Source of the DNA: Chiloscyllium plagiosum
Taxonomy: Eukaryota
Direction: 5' to 3'
DNA: 64,000 bases
Assembly: GCF_004010195.1 (NCBI RefSeq)
Contig: NC_057760.1
Span: forward strand, 1,802,776-1,866,775
In this document: one piece after another, positions 1 through 11,244 of the stretch
How the letters are laid out: every line of letters begins with the position of its first letter
Position numbering within the stretch: the first letter of the stretch is position 1
Position numbers and translations under genes: made by a program
Notes under the pieces: generated by a model
Told to the model about the DNA's origin: nothing
The model's input: the letters and a program-made list of their open reading frames with translations, nothing else
Database searches by the model: none

Positions 1-830
1 ATGTCGTTGGTTCCAATGTGGACAATGTCCTCCTGCTGGCCCCTCTCCCCTGTGAGAACATTCTGCACCCTCTCTGAGACATCCTTGATCCTGACACCAG
101 GGAAACAACACACCATTCTGCTTTTTCTCTGCTGGCCACAGAAACGTCTGTCTGCACCTCGGCCTAGAGAATCCCCGAACACAATTGATCTCTTGGAAAC
201 CGTACCCCTCATTGCATTACAGCCAGTCTCAATACCAGAGACGTGGCTGTTTGTGATACGTTCCCCTGAGAATCCATCACCCCCTACATTTTCCAAAACA
301 GCATACCTGTTTGGAATGGGTATATCCACAAAAGATTCCTGCCCTAGGTGCCGACCTCTCTCACCCTTCCTGGAGTTAACCCATCTATGTGACTATCTGA
401 GACTTTCCCCCCTTCCTGTAACTGCCATCCATCACATACTGTTGCTGCTGTAAATTCCTCCTCGCTTCTATCTGTCTCTCCAACCGATCCACTCGATCTG
501 GTAAGATTCACATCCAACAGCATTTATGTCAGATATAATCCGCAGTAACCCTTAAACTCTCTTTAAACACCCACATCTGACAAGAAGTAAATATCACTGC
601 AAAGGCCATTTTTGCTCCTTCACAATCTACAGACCCAGAAAATAATACTGTCTTATTCCTCTACAAACTGCCCCAGGTTAAATTAATAGCTATGGCTTAT
701 ATTTTAAGTTTAATCAAGAGACTTATCTCCAAAGAACATATAATCAAGAAATAACCCACTGTACTCACTACTGCAGCCTTAGTATTGGACAGACTGAAAA
801 CAACGATTAACTTATCTGATTCTGCGTTCA
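1..830 (-). mobile_element. 5' part (ORF1, SGNH-esterase type) of a decayed CR1-clade LINE, running off the window edge
   Basis: Reverse strand near position 1-30 reads VHIGTND, the GxND esterase block of CR1 ORF1. Right boundary approximate. Confidence 0.6.
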
Positions 831-899
831 CAGAGATCACAGAGTTAAGTAGCATAGATAGGTAACTAATAGGTAAACAGTGGCAAAAACAAAAATATA

Positions 900-1275
900 G
901 GGACAGGCGAATGCTAAGCGTTTGTGAGTCCATTCAGTATTCTAACAACAGGAGGGTAGAAACTGTTTTGAAACCGGCTGGTGCGTGTGTTCAGGCCTCT
1001 GTACCTTCTCCCCGATGGGAGAGGTTGGAGAAAAACATTGCCAGGGTGGGAGGGATCTTTGAGAATGCTGGCGGCCTTTCCCTGATTCTGTAGATGGGAG
1101 GTTGGCCTTTGTGATTGTCCGGGCCGAGTTCACCGCTCTCTGTAACCGTCTCCGATCTTGAATGGTACAGTTGCCATACGAGGTAGTGATACATCCAGAC
1201 AGAATGCTCTCGATGGCGCACCTATAAAAGTTGGCAAGGGTAATCACCATCATGCCAAATTTCCTCAGCTGCCCT
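900..1275 (-). mobile_element. Rex1/Babar-like LINE 3' fragment
   Basis: ORF 942-1253 (LANFYRCAIESILSGCITTSYGNCTIQDRRRLQRAVNSARTIT) is typical of the region after the RT in Rex1-type LINEs. Same family as 55300-56570. Confidence 0.7.
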
Positions 1276-1625
1276 CACCAACATCCTGTACAACCTCAAC
1301 ATGACGTCCCAATAACTGACTTATCAATGATGACAAGGGAGCTGACGTAGTCCATTCATCCCATCGAGTCTGCTGTGCCAACCCATTGGCTGACCTGATA
1401 ATTCTCAGATCTCTAAAGTGTCTCTCCACACCCTCCCGCTCGAATCCTGGGGTTGACCTCTTCCCCCCTCCTCCAGTCTGACCTCCCCGGGTTCAGTTTG
1501 GATCGCCCTGGGGGGAGAGAGAAAGAGAGAGACATCTGAGCTTTGCCACTCCCACTACCCCATAACTTTTATTCAGCTTTTACCTTGTCCTGGGAACATC
1601 CCTGTAAATCTTCTCCGAACCCTTT

Positions 1626-4600
1626 CAAAGAACAAAAAAAATTTACAGCCCAGGAACAGGCCCTTCGGCCCTCCAAATGTACTGTCTAAATCTGTCGGTC
1701 AATTCCTAAGCATTTGTATCCCTCTACTCCCCACCTACTCATGCATCTGTCCAGACTTTTCTTAAATGAATCGACCGTGCCTGCCTCTACCACCTCTGCT
1801 GGCAACACGTTCCAAACGCCCACCACCCTCTGTGTGAAGTACTTGCTGCGTGTATTCCCCTTAAACTTTCTACCTCTCACCTTGAAAGCGTGACCTCTCG
1901 TTATTAAATCCCTCACCCTGGGAAAAAGCTTGTCTCTATCCACCCTGTCTATACCTGTCATGATTTTGTAAACCTCAATCAGGTCCCCCCTCAATCTCCT
2001 TTTTTCTAGTGAAAATAAACCTAACCTACTCAACCTGTCTTCATAGCTAGCACCTTCCATACTAGCATCTTCGTAAACCTTCTCTGCACCCTCTCCAGTC
2101 CACATCCTTTTGGTAATGTGGCGACCACAGTATCCTAAATGCAGCTGAACTAATGTCTTGTACAATTTTAACGTGACTTGCCAGCTCTTATACTCAATAC
2201 CTCATCCAATGAAGGCAAGCATACCATATGTCTTCTTGACCACTCTATCCCCCTGTGCAGCAACCTTCAGGGTACAATGGACCTGCACTCCCAGATCTCT
2301 CTGCCCATCAGCTTTTCCCAAGGCTCTTCCATTCATTGTATAATTTGCTCTATAATTAGTCTTGCCTAAATGCATCACCTCACATTTGTCTGAATTGAAA
2401 ATCATTTGCCACTTTACCACCCAACTCTCCAGTCTATCTATATCCTCCTGTATTCTCAGACAGTCCCTTATGCTTTCGGCTACTCCACCAATCTTTGTGT
2501 CATCTGCAAACTTGCTGATCATACCAACAGTGCCCTCTTCCAGATCATTTATGTATATTACAAACAACAGTGGCCCCAGCACTGATCCCTGTGGCTCACC
2601 ACTGGGCACCTTTGTCCATTTCGAGAAACCTCCCTTCAACTACTACTCTCTGTCTCCTGTTGCTCAACCAGTTCTTTATCCACCTGCTAGAACACCCTGC
2701 ACACCATGTGACTTCACTTTCTCCATTAGTCTACCATGGGGAACCTTATCAAACGCCTTACTAAAGTCCATGTATATGACAACAACAGTCCTTCCTTCAT
2801 CTAACAACTTGGTCACTTCCTCGAAGAACTCCATTAAGTCGGTAAGGCATAATCTCCCCTGCACAAAACCATGTTCCTATCACTGATTAGCTCATTCTTT
2901 TCTAAATATAAATAGATCCTATCTCTCAGTATACTCTCCAGCAACTTCCCCACCACCGACGTCAGGCTCATTGGTCTGTAGTTACCCGGAATATCCCTAC
3001 ATGTTCCTCTCCTCAGTGAACACTGATGCAAAGTAATCATTCAGAATCTCACCCAGTCTCTCAGGTTCGGCACACAGCCTTCCTTCATTATCTTTCGGTG
3101 GACGAATCCTTTCTATAGTTACCCGCTTGCTTCTTATATAAGAATAAAATGCTTTGGGATTTTTCTTAATTCTGCTCGCTAAAGCTATTTCATGAACCCT
3201 TTTAGCCCGCTTGATTCCTTGTTTAAAATTTATCCTACTCTTCCGATATTCCTCCAGGACCCGTTCTGTCCTCAGCTGCCTAGACCTTATGTACGCTTCC
3301 CTTTTCCTCTTGGCTAGTTGTACAATTTCTCCTGTCATCCACGGTTCATGAATCTTGCCCTTCTTATCCTTTGCCCTCAATGGGACATATCTATCCTGCA
3401 CTATCTTTGACCTATCTTTGACCTATCTTTGAAAGCCTCCCACATATCAAATGTGGACTTCCCTTCAAATAGCTGTGTCCAGCTCCTGCCTAATTTTGAT
3501 ATAATTGGCCTTGGCCTAGTTTAGTACTCTTCCCTTAGGACCACTCTCGTCTTTATCTACGAGTATTCTAAAACTTACAGAATTGTGGTCACTGTTCCCA
3601 AAGAAATCCCCCACCACACGTTCTACCACCTGTCCTGGCTCGTTCCCCAGTACCAGGTCCAATATGGGCCCTTCTTTCGTTGGACTATTGATATACTGCT
3701 CTAGAAAACTCTCCTGGACGCTTCTTACAAATTCTACACCATCCAGACCTCTGACGCTAAGTGTATCGCAGTCAATGTTGGGAAAATTAAAATCTCCCAT
3801 CACCACTACCCTGTTGCCTCTACATCTTTCCATAATCTGTTTACCTATTTGTTCTTCTACCTCACGCTCACTGTTGGGAGGTCTGTAATACAGCCCCAAC
3901 AATGTAACTGCACCCTTCTTATTTCTCAGCTCCACCCATAATGCCTCACTACCCAAGACCGCCATTGTGTCCTCCTTTAGCACAGCCGTGATATCGTCCC
4001 TGACCAGCAATGCAACTCCACCCTCTCTTTTACTTCCCTCCCTGTCCTGTCTGAAGCGTCTATATCCTGGAACATTTAGTTGCAATCATCATGCCCTTCC
4101 TTCAACCAAGTCTCTATGATGACAATAATGTCATACTCCCAGATATCAATCCAAGCCCTAAGTCCATCTGCCTTACACACTATGCTCCTTGCATTAAAGT
4201 AGATGCATTTCAGGCCACCAGCTCTTTTGCGCTCACCTGCTCTCGGCCTATTCTTCCCTTTATTAATGCTATCTTCATAATTCTTACAGTCTCCAGTCTC
4301 CACCTCACTGCTTCCTTGTTTTCTCTCTGGTTCCTAGCCCCCTGCCACATTAGTTTAAAACCTCCCCAACAGCAGCAGCAAAAACTCCCCCAAGGACATT
4401 GGTTCCAGTCTGGTTCAAATGTAGACCATCCCTTTTGTAATAGTCCCACCTTCCCCAGAACCGGTCCCAATGTCCAACAAATCTGAACCCCTCCCTCCTA
4501 CACCATTTCTCAAGCCACGAGTTCATCCTGCCTATTTTTTCATTTCTACACTGGCTAGCGTGTGGCACTGGTAGTAATCCCGAGATCACTACCTTTGAGG

Positions 4601-4690
4601 TCCTCCCCTTTAACTTCCCCCTGACCACCCCACTTGATGCCTGGAGGGAGTTAAGTGTCTCCTCCCCTCGGGGTGACTGGTCCACGTCTT
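1626..4690 (-). mobile_element. Near full-length frameshifted CR1/HER1-like LINE (ORF1 esterase C-terminus, APE endonuclease, RT)
   Basis: Collinear ORF pieces: DGLHLN (4350-4685); YFNARSI, VMGDFN and SDHNSV (APE, 3516-4303); NYRPMSLTS, YMDFSKAFDKVPH, PQGSVLGPLLF and FADD (RT); RRLRGDLIEVYK and YFTQRVV (C-terminus). Confidence 0.93.
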
Positions 4691-5649
4691 CCGGGAGCTA
4701 TGACAGGTGCTCCGAAGAAACCTGTAAGAGTTTAACAAGCCCGCAGAGGGTAGGGGTGAAAGAAGCCTGCAGGCAGTATTTGCTTGGTGCAGCTAAAAAA
4801 TGTTGGGTCCTGGAGAAACCCTGAGGCAGCGCTAGCTTGGTGAAGCTTACCAGCTGTGAAAAAGCTGAAGTTGTGTGTTCTTTATTAAGGGGGCTCTGGT
4901 CTAGGGCTTTGAAAGCGGAGAATTATGGGTAGTGGAAGCAGTCTGCAACAGGCGTACAGGGGTGGGTGGTGGTAGTGATGGACTCCTGTCAAGACGTTGA
5001 CAACTGTGGCCCTTCGAAAGGAGGATCATGTTTGCACAGGAGGCAGTTAGAACATAGAACATTAAAGCGCAGTACAGGTCTTTCAGCCCTCGATGTTGCA
5101 CCGACCTGTGAAACCAATGTGAAGTCCACCTAACCTACACGATTCCATTCTAATCCATATGCCTATCCAATGACCATTTAAATGCCCTTAAAGTTGGCGA
5201 GTCTACGATTATTGCAGGCAGTGCATTCCACGCCCCTACTACTCACTGAGTAAAGAAACTACCTCTGACGTCTGTCTTATATCTATCACCCCTCAATTTA
5301 AAGCTATGTCCCCATGTGCTAGCCATCACCATCCAAGAAAAAAGGCAGTCACTGTCCACTCTATCTAACCCTCTGATTATCTTGTATGCCTCAATTAGTT
5401 CACCTCGCAACCTTCTTCTCTCCAACGAAAACAGCCCCAAGTCCCTCAGCCTTTCCTCGTAAGAGCTTCCCTCCATACCAGGCAACATCCTAGTAAATCT
5501 CCTCTGAACCCTAATCCAAAGCTTCCACGTCCTTCCTATAATGCGGTGACCAAAACTGCACACAATACTCCCAAGTGCAGCCGCACCAGAGTCCTGCACA
5601 GCTGCAGCATGACCCCATGGTTCTGAAACTCAATCCCTCTCCCAATAAA

Positions 5650-5806
5650 GGAGAAAGTGAGGTCTGCAGATGCTGGAGATCAAAGTTGAAACTTTATTGA
5701 TGGAACAGCACAGCAGGTCAGGCAGCATCCAGGGAACAGGACATTCGACGTTTCGGGCACAGGCCCTTCTTCAGGAATCCTGAAGAAGTGTTCAGCAGGA
5801 GAAGAT
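5650..5806 (-). mobile_element. Short Penelope-like pLTR-derived insert
   Basis: Shares sequence with 29192-29360, 30591-30899 and the ends of the GIY-YIG-bearing element at 61205-62016. Flanked by a ~130-bp duplication. Confidence 0.75.
5743..5778 (-). ncRNA. Minimal type I hammerhead ribozyme motif
   Basis: Minus strand reads attc-CTGAAGA-a-GGGC-ctgt-GCCC-GAAAC-GTC-gaat. Catalytic core intact, stems I and II pair. Identical to 30807-30842. Confidence 0.75.
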
Positions 5807-5969
5807 AGCTTCCACGTCCTTCCTATAATGCGGTGACCAAAACTGCACACAATACTCCCAAGTGCAGCCGCACCAGAGTCCTGCACAGCTGCAGCCTGAC
5901 CCCATGGTTCTGAAACTCAATCCCTCTCCCAATAAAAGCTAACACACCATACGCCTTCTCAGCAAACCT

Positions 5970-6400
5970 CAGAAAATTGCTGGGATTGAAAGGGCTTGGC
6001 CTATAAGGGAAGGTTGACCACCATGAGCTTTCGGAAGCTTAGAAGATCAAGAGGTGATTCTATTGAAAAGTATGGGATCCCGAGGGTGGTCTTGAGGGGG
6101 TGGATGCTGACAGAGCGTTTCCCTCGAATGGGGGAGTCGGGAAATCTGGGCTGTCGGAATGACGGGGTTTCCCATTGAAGACAGAGATGAGGAGCACACT
6201 CCACTCTCTGAGGGTCGTACGCCTGTGGATAGCAGGGGGGAACACTGAATACATTCAAGACTCGAGTTAGACAGATTTCTGATCAACATGCAAATCCAGG
6301 GTAAAGGGGGACAACAGGACATTGGCCTGAAAGGTAATGATCTTATTCAACAGTAGATCAGGCTTGAGGGACCGAGTGGACTACACCCTCTCCTAATTCT
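5970..6400 (+). mobile_element. Old CR1-like 3' fragment
   Basis: Decayed RRSRGDSIE…ERFP motif and CR1-type 3' end. Confidence 0.55.
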
Positions 6401-6669
6401 TATCAAGTGAATCACAAGATGTCCAGGAACCCTTGCTGGTTCTAAGTCATATACCCTCCACACTAGCCTAGGTCTATAGCAACCTGCAGAACTGGGATGT
6501 GCACAAGGACTTAATTCCCCCCAATATACTCTTCACCAGCTGAAGGGAAGGAGAGCTTTGGCACTGATCACCTCGACCTAGCAGCTCAAAGTTAAACTTC
6601 TTTTCATGAATATTCTCATGATTCGTATCTTAAGAAGGTGGGAACAAACTCTATTCTGAGTAGCTTTGA

Positions 6670-7330
6670 GATCCTACTCCAGAAAGCAGAGCTCATAATC
6701 AAAGTTGACACTTCCAGTGCCAGAACTGAGGGAGTGGCGCACACAGTCGGAGGGTCAGCGCTGATGGAGTGGCGCATGGAGTCAGAGTGTCTGCGTTGAG
6801 GGAGGGCTACTCTGTAGTGGGTCAATACTGCACTGTTGGAGGGTCAGTGCTGAGAGAGTGCCACACAGTCAGAGGGTCAGTGTTGAGGGAGCGAGTGCTG
6901 CCCGAGGATCAGCGCTGAGGGAGTGCCATGTTTTCAGAGGGTCAGTGCTGAGGGAGCGGGCACTGTCGGAGGGTCAGTGCTGAGGGAGTGGGCGCTGTCG
7001 GAGGGTCAGTGCTGAGGGAGCGGGCACTGTCGGAGGGTCAGTGCTGAGGGAGTGGGCGCTGTCGGAGGGTCAGTGCTGAGGGAATGGGCACTGTTGGAGG
7101 GTCAGTGCTGAGGGAGTGGACACTGTTGGAGGGTCAGTGCTGATGGAGTGGGCGCTGTCAGAGAGTCAGTGCTGAGGGAGCGGGCACTGTCAGAGGGTCA
7201 GCGCTGAGGGAGCAGGCGCTGTGGGAGGGTCAGCGCCAAGGGAGCGGGCACTATCAGAGGGTCAGCGCCAAGGGAGCGGGCACTGTCAGAGGGTCAGCGC
7301 TGAGGGAGTGGGCGCTATCGGAGGGTCAGA
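6670..7330 (+). repeat. 32-bp minisatellite (ctgtcggagggtcagtgctgagggagcgggca) expanded within a DeuSINE/SacSINE-like element
   Basis: Period 32 (units at 6963 and 6995). Preceded by ctccag…gttgacacttccagtgc…ctgagggag, resembling the Deu core. Inverted counterpart at 35585-36600. Confidence 0.8.
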
Positions 7331-7670
7331 CCTAAGTGAGTGCAGGTGCAGTCTAAGCTTTCAAGAGGGAACTTGGTGATTGGAAAAGTGGGAATTATGG
7401 AGAAAAAGGTTGGGGTGGGTATGGAATGGTGTGACTTGTCATTTGGAGAACTGACAGAGGGGGCTACACAGCATCGCTCTGTGATTCCATGAAGCTTTTT
7501 GAATTCCATCGCGCTGTCCCAGTTAAATCGATCGTTGATTCACAGTTGCTGGAGAAATGGGCAGTACCCGGAGGAGGGTGGACAAAATGTACAAAGGCCC
7601 ATTACACAAGATGTTAGCGACACGAGCTCCCGTGGTTACAGGTTCCAATCATACCTTACCTTTTGCTTAG

Positions 7671-7741
7671 GAACTTGAACAACACCTACCTGCAGCCGGA
7701 CCCCACATACCTGAACGACCCACCACTTGGAACAGCTCAGA
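7671..7741 (+). CDS. Putative internal exon of an unidentified gene (NLNNTYLQPDPTYLNDPPLGTAQ)
   Basis: ccttttgcttAG acceptor and GTGAGT donor. 71 nt, phase 2 to 1, compatible with the next exon. Confidence 0.6.
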
Positions 7742-7904
7742 GTGAGTAATGCAGACACTGTGAGATGTGAATCAGATCCCCGTGATTACCGGAACGGTCA
7801 ACTCAGACATTTCGAGAGAGGCGGAGGCTGAGGCGTCATGGTAACGCCACTGAACTGGTGTTCCGAGCGCCCAAGTTGATGATCCATGGTTCAAACCCCA
7901 ACTT

Positions 7905-8110
7905 GGCTCCACAGAGGCCGATACCTGTCACCCTTTACTGACACATGACGTTAATCCTGCCACACTCAGAGTCAGGTACCAGAGTGTCAGCATCTCTGAC
8001 AGTCCCCTTTTTATCTGTCAGCCAGGGCTCCCGGTTTGGTCCAGGTTAATGGCCCCAATCAGGGACCTCATATGCTATGGGATCCACCTGGCTGACCTCA
8101 ATACAATCAG
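7905..8110 (-). mobile_element. LTR fragment of the Gypsy family also seen at 16410, 23240 and 44510
   Basis: Shared ctgtcagccagggctccc…ccccaatcaggga core. Confidence 0.6.
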
Positions 8111-8164
8111 AACGATGGCTGATCGTGAAAGATGGATTTAATTTAGACAAAATCCTGATGTAAT

Positions 8165-9105
8165 AACCAGATGGAATCCCTACAGATGGCGGCCATTCGG
8201 TTCATCAAGTCTGCACTGACCCCTCCAAACAGCGTCCCACCCAATTCCTGTAACTCCACATCTCCCATGGCTAACCCCACCAGGCCTGCATACTAAGGGA
8301 CAATATAGCACAGCCAATCCACCCTAACCTGCACATCCCTGGGCACTATGGGACAATTTAGCATGGCCAATCCACCCTAACCTGCACATCCCTGGGCACT
8401 ACGGGACAATGTAGCATGGCCAATCCACCCTAACCTGCACATCCCTGGACACTNNNNNNNNNNNNNNNNNNNNNNNNNNNNNNNNNNNNNNNNNNNNNNN
8501 NNNNNNNNNNNNNNNNNNNNNNNNNNNNNNGGGAGGGGGAGGGGGTCTTTTGGATTGACAACGGCACTGCCCAGTCAGTCCAGAGACGGGTGGGCGGGGG
8601 GAGCAGAGGCAAAGAAGCAGGGAGCAGAGAAAGGCACCCTGGGACCGTCAGAGGCTGAGGGGTGACCTTGTAGGTTCGTAACACTACAGGACAATTTAGC
8701 ATAGCCAATCCACCCTATCCTGCACATCCCTGGGCACTATGGGACAATTTAGCATGGCGAATCCACCCTAACTTGCACATCCCTGGGCACTACAGGACAA
8801 TTTAGCATGGCCAATCCACCCTAACCTGCACATCCCTGGGCACTACGGGACAATTTATTATGGCCAATCCACCCTAACCTGCACATCCCTGGGCACTATG
8901 GGACAATTTAGCATGGCCAATCCACCCTAACCTGCACATCTTTGGATTGTGGGAGGAAACTGGAGTATCCAGAGGAAACCCACACAGACACGGGGGAGGG
9001 GGGTGGGAATGTGCAAATCCCACACACAGTCACCCGAGGCTTGAATCGAACCTGGGTCCCGGGTGCCGTGAGGCAGCTGTGCTATCTGCTGAGCCAGCAT
9101 GTCAC
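8165..9105 (-). mobile_element. HE1-like tRNA-derived V-SINE with internally amplified 53-bp unit (contains a gap)
   Basis: tRNA-like head near 9040-9105, gtgggtttcctctgga V-domain, and tandem gggacaatttagcatggccaatccaccctaacctgcacatccctgggcactat. Confidence 0.8.
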
Positions 9106-9489
9106 CCCTATTCCATAACGTCTCTTGTGGGATGTGGGCGTCGTGAACAAGGCCAACATTTGTTGCCCGTCCCTAATTACCCCTTGGTCTGTGTGTCCTC
9201 CTGGGGGCAGTTTAGAGTTGAACCAAAATTGCTGTAAATTATTGAGTGCCACCCCTGAGGAGGGCTGAAACGGGTGAGTTGTGATTCCATTGCGTGCTAG
9301 ATGGAATTGGAGGGGCACAATGGCCTCCTCCTACTCTGGGAATCTCCCCCTCTCTGGCTGCAGCGGCCATGACGGCAGAAGTGATAGCCTGACGCATCAC
9401 AAATGTAAGACCTGCTCTGTCGTATCCTTGGTTTGACCTGCGCACACCCCTACCCCATTCTTTTTCTCTCTCTCCCCCCCCCAATGCAG

Positions 9490-9544
9490 GTGATCATTTC
9501 TACGAAACGTTACAGACGAGGCAGCTGCCAGCAGCTGAGGAGAG
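9490..9544 (+). CDS. Putative penultimate exon of an unidentified gene (DHFYETLQTRQLPAAEE)
   Basis: Long pyrimidine tract with tgcAG acceptor and AG/GTAGGT donor. 55 nt, phase 1 to 2. Confidence 0.7.
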
Positions 9545-9744
9545 GTAGGTGTGAATATTCCCTGTGCCGGTCAGAGCGTCCAGCCCATCCAGCAGTGAAT
9601 GAACACTCTGATCTGACCGTGTCAGATCTCACATTGTGTCACCTGAGCGCTGTGCTTGCTTCTGGTTTGTTCAGTCCAGTTCATCTCTGGGAGTACAGAC
9701 TCCACCCGTGCTAACCTGTGGATATCCACTGCAGCCTTCTGAGA

Positions 9745-10865
9745 CAGTGTAGAGGGAGCTTTACTCTGTACCTAATTCGGTGCTGTCCCTCGCCTCGGAG
9801 TGTTTGGTAGGGACCGTGTAGGGAGAGCTTTACTCTGTACCTGACCCCATGATGTCGCTGTCCCTGGGATGGTGGGGACAGTGTAGAGGGAGCTTTACTC
9901 TGTACCTGACCCCATGATATCGCTGTCCCTGGGATGGTGGGGACAGTGTAGAGGGAGCTTTACTCTGTATCTAATCCTGTGCTGTCCCTGTCACTGGGAA
10001 TGTTTGATGGGGAACAGTATAGAGAGAGCTTTACTCTGTATCCATCCCAATGCTGTCCCTGTCTTTGGATTTTGATGGGGGGGGGGCAACGGTGTAGAGG
10101 GAGCTTTACTCTGTATCTAACTTCGTGCTGTCCCTGTCCCTGGGAGTGTTTGGTTGGGGGACATTGTAGAGGAAGCTTTACTCTGTACCTAACCCCATGC
10201 TGTCCCTGTCCCTGGGATGGGGGGGACAGTGTAGAGGGAGCTTTACTCTGTATCTAACCCCGTGCTGTCCCTGGGGGGTGGGGGGACAGTGTAGAGGGAG
10301 CTTTACTCTGTATCTAACCCCGTGCTGTCCCGATCCCTGGGATGGGGGGGAGGACAGTGTAGAGGGAGCTTTACTCTGTACCTAACCCCGTGCTGTCCCT
10401 GTCCCTGGGACAGGGGGGGTACAGTGTAGAGGGACCTTTACTCTGTATCTAACCCCGTGCTGTCCCTGGGATGGGGGGACAGTGTAGAGGAAGGTTTACT
10501 CTGTACCTAACCCCGTGCTGTCCCTGTTCCTGGGATGTAGGGAGGGGACAGTGTAGAGTGAGCTTTACTCTGTATCTAACCCCATGCTGTCCCTGTCCCT
10601 GGGATGGGGGGTACAGTTTAGAGGGAGCTTTACTCTGTACCTAACCCCGTGCTGTCCCTGTCCCTGGGATGGGGGGCGGGGGGACAGTGTAGAGGGAGCT
10701 TTACTCTGTATCTAACCCTGTGCTGTCCCTGTCCCTGGGATGGGGGGGGACAGTGTAGAGGGAGCTTTACTCTGTATCTAACCCCGTGCTATCTCTCTCC
10801 CTGAGATGGGGGGGGGACAGTGTAGAGGGAGCTTTACTCTGTACCTAACCCCGTACTGTCCCTGT
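9745..10865 (+). repeat. Intronic minisatellite of the 72-bp family (gtgtagagggagctttactctgtatctaaccccgtgctgtccctgtccctggga…gggaca); many units here are shorter variants
   Basis: Directly visible tandem units. The same family fills introns at 46.3-64 kb. Confidence 0.95.
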
Positions 10866-10957
10866 CCTCGGGGTGCCTCCTCCAGTATTGTGGTGTACAT
10901 CCTGGCAATGGTGAGGGTGTAGTTTCTTGATTCCTACCCCTTCCCTTTCTGTTTCAG

Positions 10958-11063
10958 TGCGGTTTCGGGATCACAGAATTCCAGGAGTTCCAGCGGTGAG
11001 AATGGTCAGGACTCTCCAAACTGGAGGACCAAGTGGGAATCCAAAATGTGCAAAGTCATGTGA
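10958..11063 (+). CDS. Putative terminal coding exon ending in a CaaX box (AVSGSQNSRSSSGENGQDSPNWRTKWESKMCKVM*)
   Basis: ttccctttctgtttcAG acceptor. Phase 2 matches the previous exon. Stop TGA at 11061-11063 directly after CKVM. Confidence 0.7.
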
Positions 11064-11244
11064 GGTTGGGTTTCCCAGTGCGTGATCATCCTGATGATGA
11101 GATTCCGGCTGCAAGAGCAGCCAGTCGTGACTCCCTCCCCCCAGGAGGACACCACGTTACCTCATTGCTCAATCATCTTGTGGCATCACCTTTTCCCCCG
11201 GACTCTCGCAGCTCAACTCGGCGTTTCAGACTCTCACAAGGCGT

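Larger units (their letters stand above)
5048..5965 (-). mobile_element. CR1 LINE 3' fragment interrupted by a Penelope-derived insert
   Basis: RRRLRGELIEAYKIIRG motif in ORF 5243-5599 and an agaacatagaac tail. Confidence 0.85.

Noticed and set aside
1626..4690. Active autonomous LINE
   Set aside because: Multiple frameshifts, stops and internal deletions; the same applies to 47325-50642.
7546..7577. Additional upstream exon (LLEKWAVPGG) of the CaaX gene
   Set aside because: Phase would fit, but the donor (gtggac) and pyrimidine tract are weak; not supportable.
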